Positions 36,305 through 48,695 of a stretch of DNA of 64,000 nucleotides are shown here, in pieces (the stretch's first letter is position 1; each line of letters starts with the position of its first letter). A program made the translations under genes and the position numbers. The stretch is from an uncultured Bacteriovorax sp. (GTDB lineage Bacteria; Bdellovibrionota; UBA1018). The stretch is from assembly GCA_964508305.1 (NCBI GenBank), contig CAZDSX010000002.1, positions 5,905 through 69,904 of the forward strand. Direction: 5' to 3'. The notes beneath the pieces were generated by a model, which saw nothing but the letters and a program-made list of their open reading frames with translations, was not told the origin of the DNA and made no database searches.

Positions 36305-37962
36305 GCCGCGTAGTCCACGTCCCCAGGGGAAACACCCTCAGCTGCAAGGGCTGGCAGCAGGAAGCGGCCCTCCGCATGTTGATGAATAATCTCGATCCCG
36401 AGGTCGCAGAGCGTCCCGAGGACCTCGTGGTTTATGGCGGGATTGGCAAGGCTGCCCGCAACTGGGAGTCTTATGATGCGATCGTGAGCGCGCTCCGTGA
36501 GCTGACCGACGAGCAGACGCTGCTCGTTCAGAGTGGAAAGCCCGTGGCAGTCATGCCCTCGCACAAGCTTGCCCCACGCGTGATCCTTGTTAACAGCGTG
36601 CTCGTCCCCAAGTGGGCGACTTGGGAGCACTTCAGGGAGCTCGAGGACCGCGGCCTCATGATGTACGGCCAGATGACGGCAGGTTCCTGGATCTACATTG
36701 GCACGCAAGGCATCGTGCAGGGGACTTATGAGACTTTTGCCGAAGCAGGTCGCCAGCACTTTGGAGGGGACCTCACCGGCAAGGTGATCCTGACGGCAGG
36801 CCTCGGCGGCATGGGAGGCGCGCAGCCACTGGCTGCCTCCATGGCAGGGGCGATCTCCCTCAATATCGAAGTCGATCCCACGCGCGCCCAGCGCAGGCTC
36901 GAGACGCGCTACCTGGATGAAGTGGCAACCGATCTCGAGGATGCGCTCAAGCGCGTCGAAAAGTATCGGAAGTCAGGCGAGGCCAAGTCCATCGGCCTCA
37001 TTGGCAATGCTGCCGAAGTGCTCTGGCAGCTTTTGGACCGAGGCTTCAAGCCCGAGATGGTGACCGACCAGACGAGCGCGCATGACGAACTCAATGGCTA
37101 CATCCCGCACGGGATGCCACTTGGGGCTGCACTTGAGCTTCGAAAGAAAGACCCAAAAAAATACATCGAAGCCTCGATGAAGAGCATGGGCCGCCATGTT
37201 GAGGCGATGCTTGAGTTCCAAAAGCGCGGCTCCCATGTCTTTGACTACGGAAACAATATCCGCGGCCAGGCCATCAAGGTGGGCGTCAAAAACGCATTCG
37301 GCTTCAAGGGCTTCGTTCCGCTCTACATTCGCCCGCAGTTTTGCGAGGGCCGCGGGCCGTTCCGGTGGGCCGTGCTCTCGGGAGATCCCGAGGATATCCA
37401 GGTCACGGACCGGGCCATTGCCGAGCTTTTTCCGGAGGACAAGGGGCTCCACCGCTGGCTCGCGATGGCCGAAGAGCGCATTGCCTTCCAGGGATTGCCT
37501 GCCCGCATCTGCTGGCTGGGCTATGGACAGCGCGAGAAGGCAGGGCTCATGTTCAATGAACTGGTCCGCACCGGCAAGGTCAAGGCCCCGATCGTGATCG
37601 GTCGCGACCACCTGGATTGCGGCTCGGTTGCTTCACCCAACCGGGAGACCGAGGGCATGAAGGATGGCTCGGATGCCGTGGGCGACTGGCCGATCCTCAA
37701 TGCGCTCATCAACGCCGTGAACGGAGCCTCTTGGGTGAGCCTCCATCACGGCGGCGGAGTGGGCATGGGTTACTCGCTCCATTCAGGCATGGTGGTGGTG
37801 GCCGACGGGACGGAGGACGCCAAGTGGCGACTCACCCGGGTGCTCAATTCCGATTGTGGGATGGGTGTGGTCCGTCATGCGGATGCTGGCTACGAGTCAT
37901 CGATTGAGATTGGAAAGTCGCGCTTTGCCGAGCGCGGCGGAAAGACGCCACTTGTAAAATGA
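36301..37962 (+). CDS. hutU: Urocanate hydratase
   Basis: 553 aa with urocanase family motifs ([13 protein letters not shown]-binding loop). Confidence 0.9.
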   Translation: MSRVVHVPRGNTLSCKGWQQEAALRMLMNNLDPEVAERPEDLVVYGGIGKAARNWESYDAIVSALRELTDEQTLLVQSGKPVAVMPSHKLAPRVILVNSVLVPKWATWEHFRELEDRGLMMYGQMTAGSWIYIGTQGIVQGTYETFAEAGRQHFGGDLTGKVILTAGLGGMGGAQPLAASMAGAISLNIEVDPTRAQRRLETRYLDEVATDLEDALKRVEKYRKSGEAKSIGLIGNAAEVLWQLLDRGFKPEMVTDQTSAHDELNGYIPHGMPLGAALELRKKDPKKYIEASMKSMGRHVEAMLEFQKRGSHVFDYGNNIRGQAIKVGVKNAFGFKGFVPLYIRPQFCEGRGPFRWAVLSGDPEDIQVTDRAIAELFPEDKGLHRWLAMAEERIAFQGLPARICWLGYGQREKAGLMFNELVRTGKVKAPIVIGRDHLDCGSVASPNRETEGMKDGSDAVGDWPILNALINAVNGASWVSLHHGGGVGMGYSLHSGMVVVADGTEDAKWRLTRVLNSDCGMGVVRHADAGYESSIEIGKSRFAERGGKTPLVK

Positions 37963-38423
37963 GAACGCTCGAATCCTGGTTCGCCGAGTACGGCGAGAGC
38001 CACCGCCATCCCCTGAACAAGAAGATCCACAAGGTCTGCGTACCCCTGATCTTCTTTTCCATCCTGGCCATGCTCCGGGCAATCCCGCGCCCTGAGCTCA
38101 TGTCCGTGGCGCCGGATTGGGCGTTGAACTGGGCGACCCTGAACCTCGTTGGGCCGGTGGTGTTTTATCTCCTCCTTGATCGGGTGCTTTTTGGACTGAT
38201 GCTGGTGCAGATCGCCCTGATGCTGGGTGCCTCCGAACTGTTGTTCCAGGCCTCATGCGGCTTTTCTGTCGGGCTGGCGCTTTTCGTGCTGGCCTGGGCA
38301 GGGCAGTTTTACGGGCATAAGGTCGAGGGCAAAAAGCCCTCCTTCCTCAAGGATCTGGCGTTCCTGCTGATTGGCCCCCTTTGGGTCACGCGCGCGATCC
38401 TTCCGGGCAAAAAAACGACATAA
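37959..38423 (+). CDS. DUF962/Mpo1-like membrane protein
   Basis: 154 aa with four TM segments and an HxxxH-like N-terminal motif ([12 protein letters not shown]). Confidence 0.55.
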   Translation: MRTLESWFAEYGESHRHPLNKKIHKVCVPLIFFSILAMLRAIPRPELMSVAPDWALNWATLNLVGPVVFYLLLDRVLFGLMLVQIALMLGASELLFQASCGFSVGLALFVLAWAGQFYGHKVEGKKPSFLKDLAFLLIGPLWVTRAILPGKKTT

Positions 38424-38472
38424 AATCCGCGCGGTTCAAGTTTTTGGCACCCCCTGCCGATACGTCTTAGGC

Positions 38473-39600
38473 ATGGGTGTGTCCTTGATCCAGCTTTTGC
38501 AGACCATGGTCCAGAACAAGGGTTCTGACCTCCATGTTGCCGTGAACTCGCCTCCGATGATCCGTATCCGAGGCGATATCGTGAAGCTCGGAGTGCCTCC
38601 GCTCACCCAGGCTGACCTCGAGGCCATGCTCAAGCAGTGCGCCCCGGCCGAGCAGATCTCCGTATTCTCCAAGGAAAAGAGCGCGGACTTCGCCTTCAAG
38701 GCTCCCGGAGTCGGCATCTTCCGCGTCAATGCGTTCATGCAGCGACATGGCATTTCACTCGTCATGCGAGTGCTGGCAGAGAATCCACCGACCCTGAAGG
38801 AACTCAACCTCCCTTCGATCTGCCAGACGGCCTGCTCGTACGCCAACGGGCTCGTGCTGGTCACCGGACCCACGGGTTCGGGCAAGTCCACGACGCTGGC
38901 TGCGATGATCAATCACATCAACATGACGACACCCGGGCACATCCTCACGCTCGAGGATCCGATCGAATTCCAGCATGACAGCAAGATGGGGATGGTCAGC
39001 CAGCGTGCCCTGGGCTCACACTTTCCAAACTTTGCATCTGCAATGAAGGCTGCCCTTCGCGAGGACCCGGATGTGATCCTCGTAGGCGAAATGCGTGATG
39101 CCGAGACGGTCGCCCTTGCGCTCAAGGCTGCCGAGACCGGGCACCTCGTGTTCTCCACGCTCCATACCAACTCGGCACCGAAAACCATTGACCGCATCAT
39201 CAATACTTTTCCGGCCGAAGAGCAGAACCAGATCCGCACGGTGCTTGCCGAGACCCTCAAGGTCGTCATTTCGCAGAAGCTCGTGCCGTCTGCGGACAAA
39301 AAACGCCGCATCTGCTTCCAGGACATCTTCGTGAACAATGCCGCCGGGTCCAACCTCATTCGCGAGGGCAAGACCTTCCAACTCACCACCGTGATGCAGA
39401 CGGGCCGCAAGGAAGGGATGGTCATGCTGGATCAGGCCCTGCTCGAGGCGGTTCGCTCCGGCGAGGTGGCAGGCGAGGATGGCTGGGAGTACGCCAACGA
39501 CAAGAACATGTTCGCCCAGTGGGCTCCCAAGGCCGGTGCCGACGCGACTGCTGCGGCGGCCGCCTCTGCTTCCTCGAGCCCGCTCAAAAAGGCCGGCTGA
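38473..39600 (+). CDS. pilT: Type IV pilus retraction ATPase PilT
   Basis: N-terminus GSDLHVAVNSPPMIRIRGD, Walker A GPTGSGKST, Asp box, Walker B, and His box AHLVFSTLHTNSA. Start is the internal ATG of ORF 38371..39600. Confidence 0.85.
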   Translation: MGVSLIQLLQTMVQNKGSDLHVAVNSPPMIRIRGDIVKLGVPPLTQADLEAMLKQCAPAEQISVFSKEKSADFAFKAPGVGIFRVNAFMQRHGISLVMRVLAENPPTLKELNLPSICQTACSYANGLVLVTGPTGSGKSTTLAAMINHINMTTPGHILTLEDPIEFQHDSKMGMVSQRALGSHFPNFASAMKAALREDPDVILVGEMRDAETVALALKAAETGHLVFSTLHTNSAPKTIDRIINTFPAEEQNQIRTVLAETLKVVISQKLVPSADKKRRICFQDIFVNNAAGSNLIREGKTFQLTTVMQTGRKEGMVMLDQALLEAVRSGEVAGEDGWEYANDKNMFAQWAPKAGADATAAAAASASSSPLKKAG

Positions 39601-39643
39601 CCCCTTCTCCCCTGACTCGCATCTGAATTGCACCGTGTCGGGC

Positions 39644-40576
39644 ATGCTCAAGACTGCAATCGCCTGCTCGCTGTGCTGCATGGTCATGCCTGGTCTCGGC
39701 CGCGCCGCCCCGGTTTATGCGATGGGCGTCCTGGGAGATTCGATTTCGGCAGCCACGCTGGCCGATGTTCCCTTGCCGAGCCAGTGCAGGACGGGAGCCT
39801 TCTCGGACCAGTGCGTTCAGGACTGGGTGGGTTCGCAGGACCGCTTGATCTACACCAACAAGCGCAACCTCTCCTGGGCCTCGGGGAGGCGGATCCACTC
39901 CCACTTCAGGATGCTCCAGGAGTTCATGGTGGGCGCAAACCCGGGTGCTTCGCTTGAGGTCCTTAACCACGCCCGCCCCGGAGCTACTGCGGAGGAGCTT
40001 CCGGCGCAGGCCAGGGCGCTGGTCGAGGAGGTGGCCCGTAGAGGCCTTCGCGGGCCCATTTATGTGGCGCTCACCATTGGCTCCAATGATGCTTGTGCGG
40101 CAGCGGAGTCCGGGAGCGCAGGCGATGTGGAGCTGGGGATCATCCGCATGCAGGCCGGGTTGCTCGGGCTATTTGACGAGCTCAGCCGATCGGCGCCCGC
40201 TGCCAGGGTCCTGGTGGTATCTCCACCATCGATCCCTGTGCTTGGGCAGGAACGATTCATCCATGCGACGACGGTCTTTGGTTTAAGCTGCGGGCGTGTT
40301 CGAAACGGCATCCTGCGGTTTTGCAACGGCTTGACCGCGTGGAGCACTCGCGCGGAGGAGTCCAGGGCGCTTGCAGTGATGGCGCGGTTCCATCGTGCAC
40401 TCGCAGAGTCGGTGCGTTCTCCGGGGCATCGGCAGATTGAGGTCGTCCTTTCCACGCGACTGTTGGAGATCGCCCCCGCATTCCAGGACCTGGCCGGGGA
40501 CTGTTTCCATCCCTCCGCCCTCGGGCAGGAGCGCATTGCCGAGTCGACATGGAATGACCAGCCCTGGTTTCACTGA
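39644..40576 (+). CDS. SGNH/GDSL-family hydrolase (secreted)
   Basis: Signal peptide MLKTAIACSLCCMVMPGLGRA and GDSIS block I. Start is internal to ORF 39479..40576. Confidence 0.6.
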   Translation: MLKTAIACSLCCMVMPGLGRAAPVYAMGVLGDSISAATLADVPLPSQCRTGAFSDQCVQDWVGSQDRLIYTNKRNLSWASGRRIHSHFRMLQEFMVGANPGASLEVLNHARPGATAEELPAQARALVEEVARRGLRGPIYVALTIGSNDACAAAESGSAGDVELGIIRMQAGLLGLFDELSRSAPAARVLVVSPPSIPVLGQERFIHATTVFGLSCGRVRNGILRFCNGLTAWSTRAEESRALAVMARFHRALAESVRSPGHRQIEVVLSTRLLEIAPAFQDLAGDCFHPSALGQERIAESTWNDQPWFH

Positions 40577-40613
40577 GGTTGGCTGCGTGGCTGGAGTGGG
40601 CTAAGCTGCAACC

Positions 40614-41849
40614 GTGAAGCAAATCCGTTGGCGCGTGATCACCCACGCATCTGAACTCATCACGGCGGCAGGTATCGCCCGGAAGTCGGGCCGTCGCCCA
40701 TTGGATGAGGACATGGGTCGGGTTGCAGATGGCGCGATGGTCTATAGCCTCAAGAAGGTCGGCAAGCAGGACGTGCCGGACCGTATCCTCTGGATCGGGA
40801 CATCGAGCGATCTTCCAAAGAAGTTCAAGGATCCGAGGCGAACCCAGGACCTGCGTGGAAAGAAGGCGCTGATCCCGGGACTTGTGGACTGCCACACCCA
40901 TCTCGTTTTTGCAGGCGACCGAGCCGAAGAGTTTGCGCGTCGTTGCGGAGGGGTGAGCTACCAGCAGATCGCCACCGAGGGTGGGGGGATACTCACCACC
41001 GTCAAGGCCACGCGCAAGGCCGGTCCTGCCGAGCTCCTGAGGCTTGCGAAGGCTCGCGTGAAGGAATCCATGTCCTTCGGCGTGCGGACCATCGAGCTCA
41101 AGAGCGGCTATGGGTTGGATGAGGCCACCGAGCTCAAGCAGCTGCAGGTGGCAAGGCAGCTGCAAAAGTTCTTCCCCGAGGTCACCTTCCAATCCACTTA
41201 CCTGGGCGCCCATGCCGTGCCGCAGGGGAGGGGTCGCGACGATTATGTGCGCGAGATCGTGCAGCAGACCCTCCCAAAGGTTGCGCAGCAGGGGCTTGCC
41301 GATGCGGTCGATGTCTTTGTGGACGAGGGATATTTCGAGCCCTCCGACGCGAGGATGATCCTGGCCGAAGCTCGCAAGCTTGGCCTTGGGATCAAGCTCC
41401 ATGCCGATGAGCTGGGCAATACCGAGTCGGCCGCACTGGCCTGTGAGCTGGGGGCACTTTCGGCGGATCACCTCCTGCGAGTATCGGAGGCGGGAATTCG
41501 GGCACTGGCTCGCTCCAAGACCACTGCAGTGCTGCTCCCGGGGACGGCCTACTACCTGCGTGCCGAGCACGCACCGGCGCGCAAGCTCATCGATGCCGGG
41601 GTCCGTGTTGCCATCTCGACTGACTTCAATCCGGGTACGTGCATGACCCTGAACCTGCCGCTGGTGCTCAATATCGCGGCACTCTACCTTGGGATGACCC
41701 GTGCGGAACTTCTTGCATCGGTCACGTACAATGCGGCTTGCGCGCTGGGGATGGAGGACAGGCGTGGAAGCCTTGAGGTCGGAAAAGACGCGGCCTTTGC
41801 GGTACTTCCATACGCGAGATTCGAGGAGATGTATTACCGGCTGGGCTGA
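40614..41849 (+). CDS. hutI: Imidazolonepropionase
   Basis: Amidohydrolase with metal-binding HTH (LVDCHTHLVF) and HutI-type sequence. GTG start. Confidence 0.85.
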   Translation: MKQIRWRVITHASELITAAGIARKSGRRPLDEDMGRVADGAMVYSLKKVGKQDVPDRILWIGTSSDLPKKFKDPRRTQDLRGKKALIPGLVDCHTHLVFAGDRAEEFARRCGGVSYQQIATEGGGILTTVKATRKAGPAELLRLAKARVKESMSFGVRTIELKSGYGLDEATELKQLQVARQLQKFFPEVTFQSTYLGAHAVPQGRGRDDYVREIVQQTLPKVAQQGLADAVDVFVDEGYFEPSDARMILAEARKLGLGIKLHADELGNTESAALACELGALSADHLLRVSEAGIRALARSKTTAVLLPGTAYYLRAEHAPARKLIDAGVRVAISTDFNPGTCMTLNLPLVLNIAALYLGMTRAELLASVTYNAACALGMEDRRGSLEVGKDAAFAVLPYARFEEMYYRLG

Positions 41850-42484
41850 CCGGCCTGCTCGAGCCAGGCCTTTGCCTTGGTCGTGAAGGCCGGGTGCATC
41901 CAGTCTCGATCTCCGGCGACCTTCTCGAGGATTTTTCGAGATCCATCCACGATCACGGTGAGCGGGATCGCATGGACATCGAAGGCATCCCCGAGCTTTC
42001 CGTCGGCGTCGGTGAAGTTCTGGAATTTCATTCCAAATTCGGCTGCCGTGGATGCAATCGCCTGGGAGGGTTTTTCATCCAGGTTGATCCCGATCACTTC
42101 GAGCCCGTGCTGTTTGTACTCTTCATGGAGCTTCACCAGCGAGGGCATCTCTTCCATGCAGGCCTCACACCAGGTGGCCCAAAAATTGATCAACATCACT
42201 TTGGCCGGGATGCTCGAAAGCAGTGCCTTGGTCCCATCGGTCCGCGTGAGTTCAAGGTCAGGAAGCGTGTTGCCCGCCTTGAGCTCGATGATCGACCGGC
42301 CTGCCGGTTTGTTTTGCGCCACCTGTGATTTGAGGAAGCTCAAGGCTCCCCAGGTCACGCCCAGGATGAGCAGGATGGGGACCAGGATCGTCTTGAGGCT
42401 GGTCTTGGGATTCGTCTTGGAGTTTGCCTGGGAATTCGTCAGGGGTGTCGGACTGTTGGGCTCGGTCGGCACTTGGCTTGTCAT
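41834..42484 (-). CDS. TlpA/ResA-like thiol-disulfide oxidoreductase (thioredoxin fold, membrane-anchored)
   Basis: WCEAC active site, N-terminal TM anchor, Pro/Thr/Asn-rich leader. Confidence 0.75.
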   Translation of the reverse strand: MTSQVPTEPNSPTPLTNSQANSKTNPKTSLKTILVPILLILGVTWGALSFLKSQVAQNKPAGRSIIELKAGNTLPDLELTRTDGTKALLSSIPAKVMLINFWATWCEACMEEMPSLVKLHEEYKQHGLEVIGINLDEKPSQAIASTAAEFGMKFQNFTDADGKLGDAFDVHAIPLTVIVDGSRKILEKVAGDRDWMHPAFTTKAKAWLEQAGQPSR

Positions 42485-42513
42485 GTCTCCTGAGAATACC
42501 CTAAAATGAAGGG

Positions 42514-42693
42514 ATGAAACAGTCGTCCGGCCAGGCAGTCGTTGAGTATGTGCTCATGCTGGTGCTGGCCATCGCACTGGTCGCAGTGATCAATGGATCA
42601 TTGAGCGGATCGGTGCGAAACCTCTGGCGGGCGCTCGTGAGCGACGTGGCCGCGCCCTGCCCCCGATGCCCCGTGGTCAACCCGATTCGCTGA
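42514..42693 (+). CDS. Flp/Fap-family type IVb pilin-like small protein (59 aa; absent from the supplied ORF track because <60 aa)
   Basis: MKQSSGQAVVEYVLMLVLAIALVAVINGSLSGSVRNLW matches the Flp prepilin pattern G|xxxxEY followed by a hydrophobic helix. AAGGGA SD 5 nt upstream. Confidence 0.55.
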   Translation: MKQSSGQAVVEYVLMLVLAIALVAVINGSLSGSVRNLWRALVSDVAAPCPRCPVVNPIR

Positions 42694-43282
42694 CCTTGTA
42701 GTTCATCCCCACCAGGAAGATTTCCTTGCTCTCGGTCCTGGTGCTCTTGGGGCGGAGGATCTCCACCTTGTCGAAGTGCATGCGCATCTGTGCGCGGAAT
42801 CCCTCGAACTCATCGCTATGGAAGAACTTGGCGATGAAAGTCCCCTTGGGTTTGAGGAATCGGTGGGCCGTTTCCAGCGCAAGCTCGCAGAGCTCCAGTG
42901 ATCGCATCTGGTCCTGCAGCTTGATTCCGGTGGTCCTCGGCGCCATGTCCGACATCACGATGTCAAACGGAGGCGTGAAACCGTGTTTCTGGATGATCTC
43001 TCCGAGGTTCACGTCGCGCAGATCCGCCTGGATGAACACGGCATTGAAGAGGCTGATCTTGATCTCCTGGAGGTCGATCCCGAGCACGCGCCCCTGCTTG
43101 CCGAGCTTTTTTGATGCATACTGTGACCAGGAGCCCGGCGCGGCGCCAAGGTCAAGGACCTGCATTCCAGGGCGGAAAATCTTGTAGCGCTTGTCCATTT
43201 CCTCGAGCTTGAACGCGGACCGAGCAGCGTAGTTCTCGGATTTTGCCTTGTGGAAATAGTAGTCCTTGAGGTTGTAGGCCAT
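42677..43282 (-). CDS. rlmE: 23S rRNA (uridine2552-2'-O)-methyltransferase RlmE/FtsJ
   Basis: SAM-binding LDLGAAPGSWSQ motif and K-D-K-E catalytic residues in context. Confidence 0.85.
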   Translation of the reverse strand: MAYNLKDYYFHKAKSENYAARSAFKLEEMDKRYKIFRPGMQVLDLGAAPGSWSQYASKKLGKQGRVLGIDLQEIKISLFNAVFIQADLRDVNLGEIIQKHGFTPPFDIVMSDMAPRTTGIKLQDQMRSLELCELALETAHRFLKPKGTFIAKFFHSDEFEGFRAQMRMHFDKVEILRPKSTRTESKEIFLVGMNYKVSESG

Positions 43283-43285
43283 GGC

Positions 43286-45927
<2,642 letters not shown>

Positions 45928-45976
45928 GCGTCGAGTCTACAATTTGGCACATATCGAAACAAGCGGAGTTTTGTCC

Positions 45977-46858
45977 TTGTCCCGCCTCATTCGCACCCAA
46001 AAACTGGCAAAGAAATCCCGGAGTCAAGCAGGCTTGCGCGGCCTGTTCAGGCCGACTCTCCTGCTGGTGCTTTTGTTGAGTTTCTCCCTCCTGGGTGCGG
46101 CCTACTTCGTCCTGACGCGCGAGTTTCCCGCCGTCTCGATCTTGCGGACCCAGTACCCCAGGGTCACCTACCTGGGGGCCAAGAAGCCGCCCCGTGTCGA
46201 GCTGGAGCGGCAAAGGCCGTCGGGATGGGTTCCTCTTTCCCAGATCTCGCAGCTTGCAGTCGGAGCGGTCGTGGTCAGCGAGGATTGGGCCTACTTCAAC
46301 CACCGGGGTTATGACCTGGGACAGATCCGGGAAGCGGTTGAGCATGACCTCAGCAAGGGCAAGTTCGCGCGCGGCGCGAGCACGATCACCCAGCAGGTGG
46401 TCAGGAATGTATTCCTCACCAAGGAAAAGTCGCTCTGGAGAAAATTCAAGGAGCTGATCCTGGCCACGCGGCTCGATCGCTCGGTTGGAAAGCGCCGAGT
46501 CCTCGAGGTTTACCTGAATATCGCCGAGTGGGGTCCGGGGATCTTTGGAATCGGCGCAGCCTCCCAGTACTACTTTGGCAAGCATCCCTCCCAGCTCGGG
46601 GCCCGCGAGGGAGCGTTCCTCGCGATGCTCCTGCCCAGTCCGGTCCGCTACTCGCAATCCTTCAGGCAAAAGCAGCTCACTCGTTATGCAGGTCGCACGG
46701 TCGAGTCCATCCTGTCCAAGATGGTCCAGGCCTCGATGATCACGGAGGAGCAGGAGTTGGCAGCCCGACGTGAGCGCATGCAGTTCGAGCTCCAGGGTGT
46801 CTCCGAGTCGGGATCCGATGAGCCGGATGGCGGAGACGAAGATCCGCCAGAGGATTGA
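45977..46858 (+). CDS. mtgA: Monofunctional biosynthetic peptidoglycan transglycosylase (GT51)
   Basis: EDWAYFNHRGYD, GASTITQQ, and an N-terminal TM anchor. Start is probably TTG ~45977 (GGAG SD), since the ATG at 45917 would overlap the divergent upstream gene. Confidence 0.75.
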   Translation: MSRLIRTQKLAKKSRSQAGLRGLFRPTLLLVLLLSFSLLGAAYFVLTREFPAVSILRTQYPRVTYLGAKKPPRVELERQRPSGWVPLSQISQLAVGAVVVSEDWAYFNHRGYDLGQIREAVEHDLSKGKFARGASTITQQVVRNVFLTKEKSLWRKFKELILATRLDRSVGKRRVLEVYLNIAEWGPGIFGIGAASQYYFGKHPSQLGAREGAFLAMLLPSPVRYSQSFRQKQLTRYAGRTVESILSKMVQASMITEEQELAARRERMQFELQGVSESGSDEPDGGDEDPPED

Positions 46859-46934
46859 CATCATTGAAGAAAATGCCGAGTGGTGAGCCCGAGAAGATTG
46901 ACCACTCCGGTCCGGCAAGCGACACTGTGCCCTC

Positions 46935-48236
46935 ATGATTCGTGCAACCCAGACTTGGAACCAGGATACCCGCACGCAGGCCCCGCGCTGGCCCTGGATT
47001 GCGATCGTCCTGTTTGCTCTTGCGCTCGCGCTTGTGAGTCGGGTGACGGGTTGGAATCGTTTCACTGAGGCCCAGCAGAATCTTTTCACCCGCTCCGAGC
47101 TCGCGCGAGCCATCTCGGCATCCCCGGGGAACCTTGTGGACCAGGAGGCTCGGCAGCTCGCCGGACTTCCATCGAAGATCGATCTTCCGCCCGGAGGTCC
47201 CGCCTCCGAGGCGCTCGTACAATACAGCCTTGATGCGGGTCTCCAGGTCTCGGTGGAAGCCATCTTCCAGCAGTATCGGCCCGATCATGGAGCCTTTGCC
47301 GCGGTGGATCCGTCGACGGGACGCGTCCTTGCGCTGGTCAGCTACGAGCGTGATGCGCGCAAGGATGGCGCGCCCACCGAACTCGGAAGGAACCTTGCGC
47401 TGCGGGCCACCTTCCCCTCGGCATCGGTATTCAAAGTGGTGACTGCTTCCGCCGCGATTGCCGAGCAGAAGTTCACGGCCGACACCCGCATTGCCTTCAA
47501 TGGTTCGAATCACACCCTCTATCGGAGCAATGTCCTCAAGACTTCCAATAATCGCTGGACCCGCTCCCTCTCGCTTAGGGAGGCTTTTGCGCATTCGGTG
47601 AACACGGTTTTTGGAAGGATCGGTGCTTTCAATCTCGGCGCAGCAAAGCTTCGAGACTATGCGGATCGATTTGGCTTCAACCGCCAGATTGCTTCCGACC
47701 TGCCCGTCCAGCCCGGGCGCGTGATGCTGCAATCGGATGCAGATCCATGGTCCCTCGCCGAGACTGCTTCAGGATTCACGCGCGAAACCACCATGAGCCC
47801 GCTCCAGGGAGCCCTCATCGCGGCTGCGCTGGTCAATGGCGGGAAGATGATGACTCCCTATGCTGTCGAGTCGATCCACCTCCAGGACGGCGACAAGATC
47901 TACCAGGCCAGGCCCGAGATTGCGGCCGAAGTGGTCAGTCATGGGGTCGCATCGGAGGTGATGGAACTCATGCGCCAGACCGTGGTCTCGGGCACCTCCC
48001 GCAAGAGCTTCCGCGGATTTTCCCGCGGGCCCACTTCGATCATCGATGTGGGCGGCAAAACCGGATCGCTGACCGGCATGGACCCGATTGGAAAATACGA
48101 CTGGTTCGTTGGTTTCGGGAAAATCGGTGACAAGGCGATCGCACTGGCGGCCCTCACCATCCATCGCGAGCAATGGCGGGTGAAGTCCTCATATGTTGCG
48201 AGGAAGGCCATCGAGCGCTACCTGCTCGGGGACTGA
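46935..48236 (+). CDS. Penicillin-binding protein, monofunctional transpeptidase (serine-type D,D-transpeptidase)
   Basis: SxxK (SVFK), SxN (SVN) and KTG (KTGS) motifs, an N-terminal TM anchor, and a short pre-transpeptidase region. Confidence 0.75.
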   Translation: MIRATQTWNQDTRTQAPRWPWIAIVLFALALALVSRVTGWNRFTEAQQNLFTRSELARAISASPGNLVDQEARQLAGLPSKIDLPPGGPASEALVQYSLDAGLQVSVEAIFQQYRPDHGAFAAVDPSTGRVLALVSYERDARKDGAPTELGRNLALRATFPSASVFKVVTASAAIAEQKFTADTRIAFNGSNHTLYRSNVLKTSNNRWTRSLSLREAFAHSVNTVFGRIGAFNLGAAKLRDYADRFGFNRQIASDLPVQPGRVMLQSDADPWSLAETASGFTRETTMSPLQGALIAAALVNGGKMMTPYAVESIHLQDGDKIYQARPEIAAEVVSHGVASEVMELMRQTVVSGTSRKSFRGFSRGPTSIIDVGGKTGSLTGMDPIGKYDWFVGFGKIGDKAIALAALTIHREQWRVKSSYVARKAIERYLLGD

Positions 48237-48245
48237 CCCACGAAT

Positions 48246-48695
48246 ATGAAGGCTGTCATCCAGAGAGTGCTTCGCGCCAGTGTCACCGTGGATGGCAAAG
48301 TGGTCGGAAAAATCGATCGCGGTATCCTGACGCTCCTGGGTGTGCAGTCGGGCGACACTGCAGAGATGGCCCATAAAATGATCGACCGAATCCTCAAGCT
48401 CAGGATTTTCGAAGATCCTGCCGGAAAAATGAATCTTTCCATCCGGGATGTCTCGGGCTCCCATCTCGTCGTTTCGCAGTTCACTCTGTTGGGAGATCTT
48501 TCCAAGGGGAATCGTCCGAGCTTCATGGGAGCCGGATCGGCGGAGCTGGCACGCAGCCTGTTCGAAGAGGCTGTCGACCGGAGCAGGAACTCCGGAGTGC
48601 CCACCGAGTCCGGCGTCTTCCAGGCCGACATGAAGGTCGAGCTGGTCAATGACGGACCGGCCACCTTCCTCCTCGAGGAGGAGGCAGCACGGTGA
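48246..48695 (+). CDS. dtd: D-aminoacyl-tRNA deacylase
   Basis: SQFTLLGD and NDGPATF motifs in a 149-aa product. Confidence 0.9.
   Translation: MKAVIQRVLRASVTVDGKVVGKIDRGILTLLGVQSGDTAEMAHKMIDRILKLRIFEDPAGKMNLSIRDVSGSHLVVSQFTLLGDLSKGNRPSFMGAGSAELARSLFEEAVDRSRNSGVPTESGVFQADMKVELVNDGPATFLLEEEAAR

Noticed and set aside
40257-41570. 437-aa minus-strand ORF across the GDSL hydrolase and hutI
   Set aside because: Antisense to two genes with clear catalytic motifs. Low-complexity composition.
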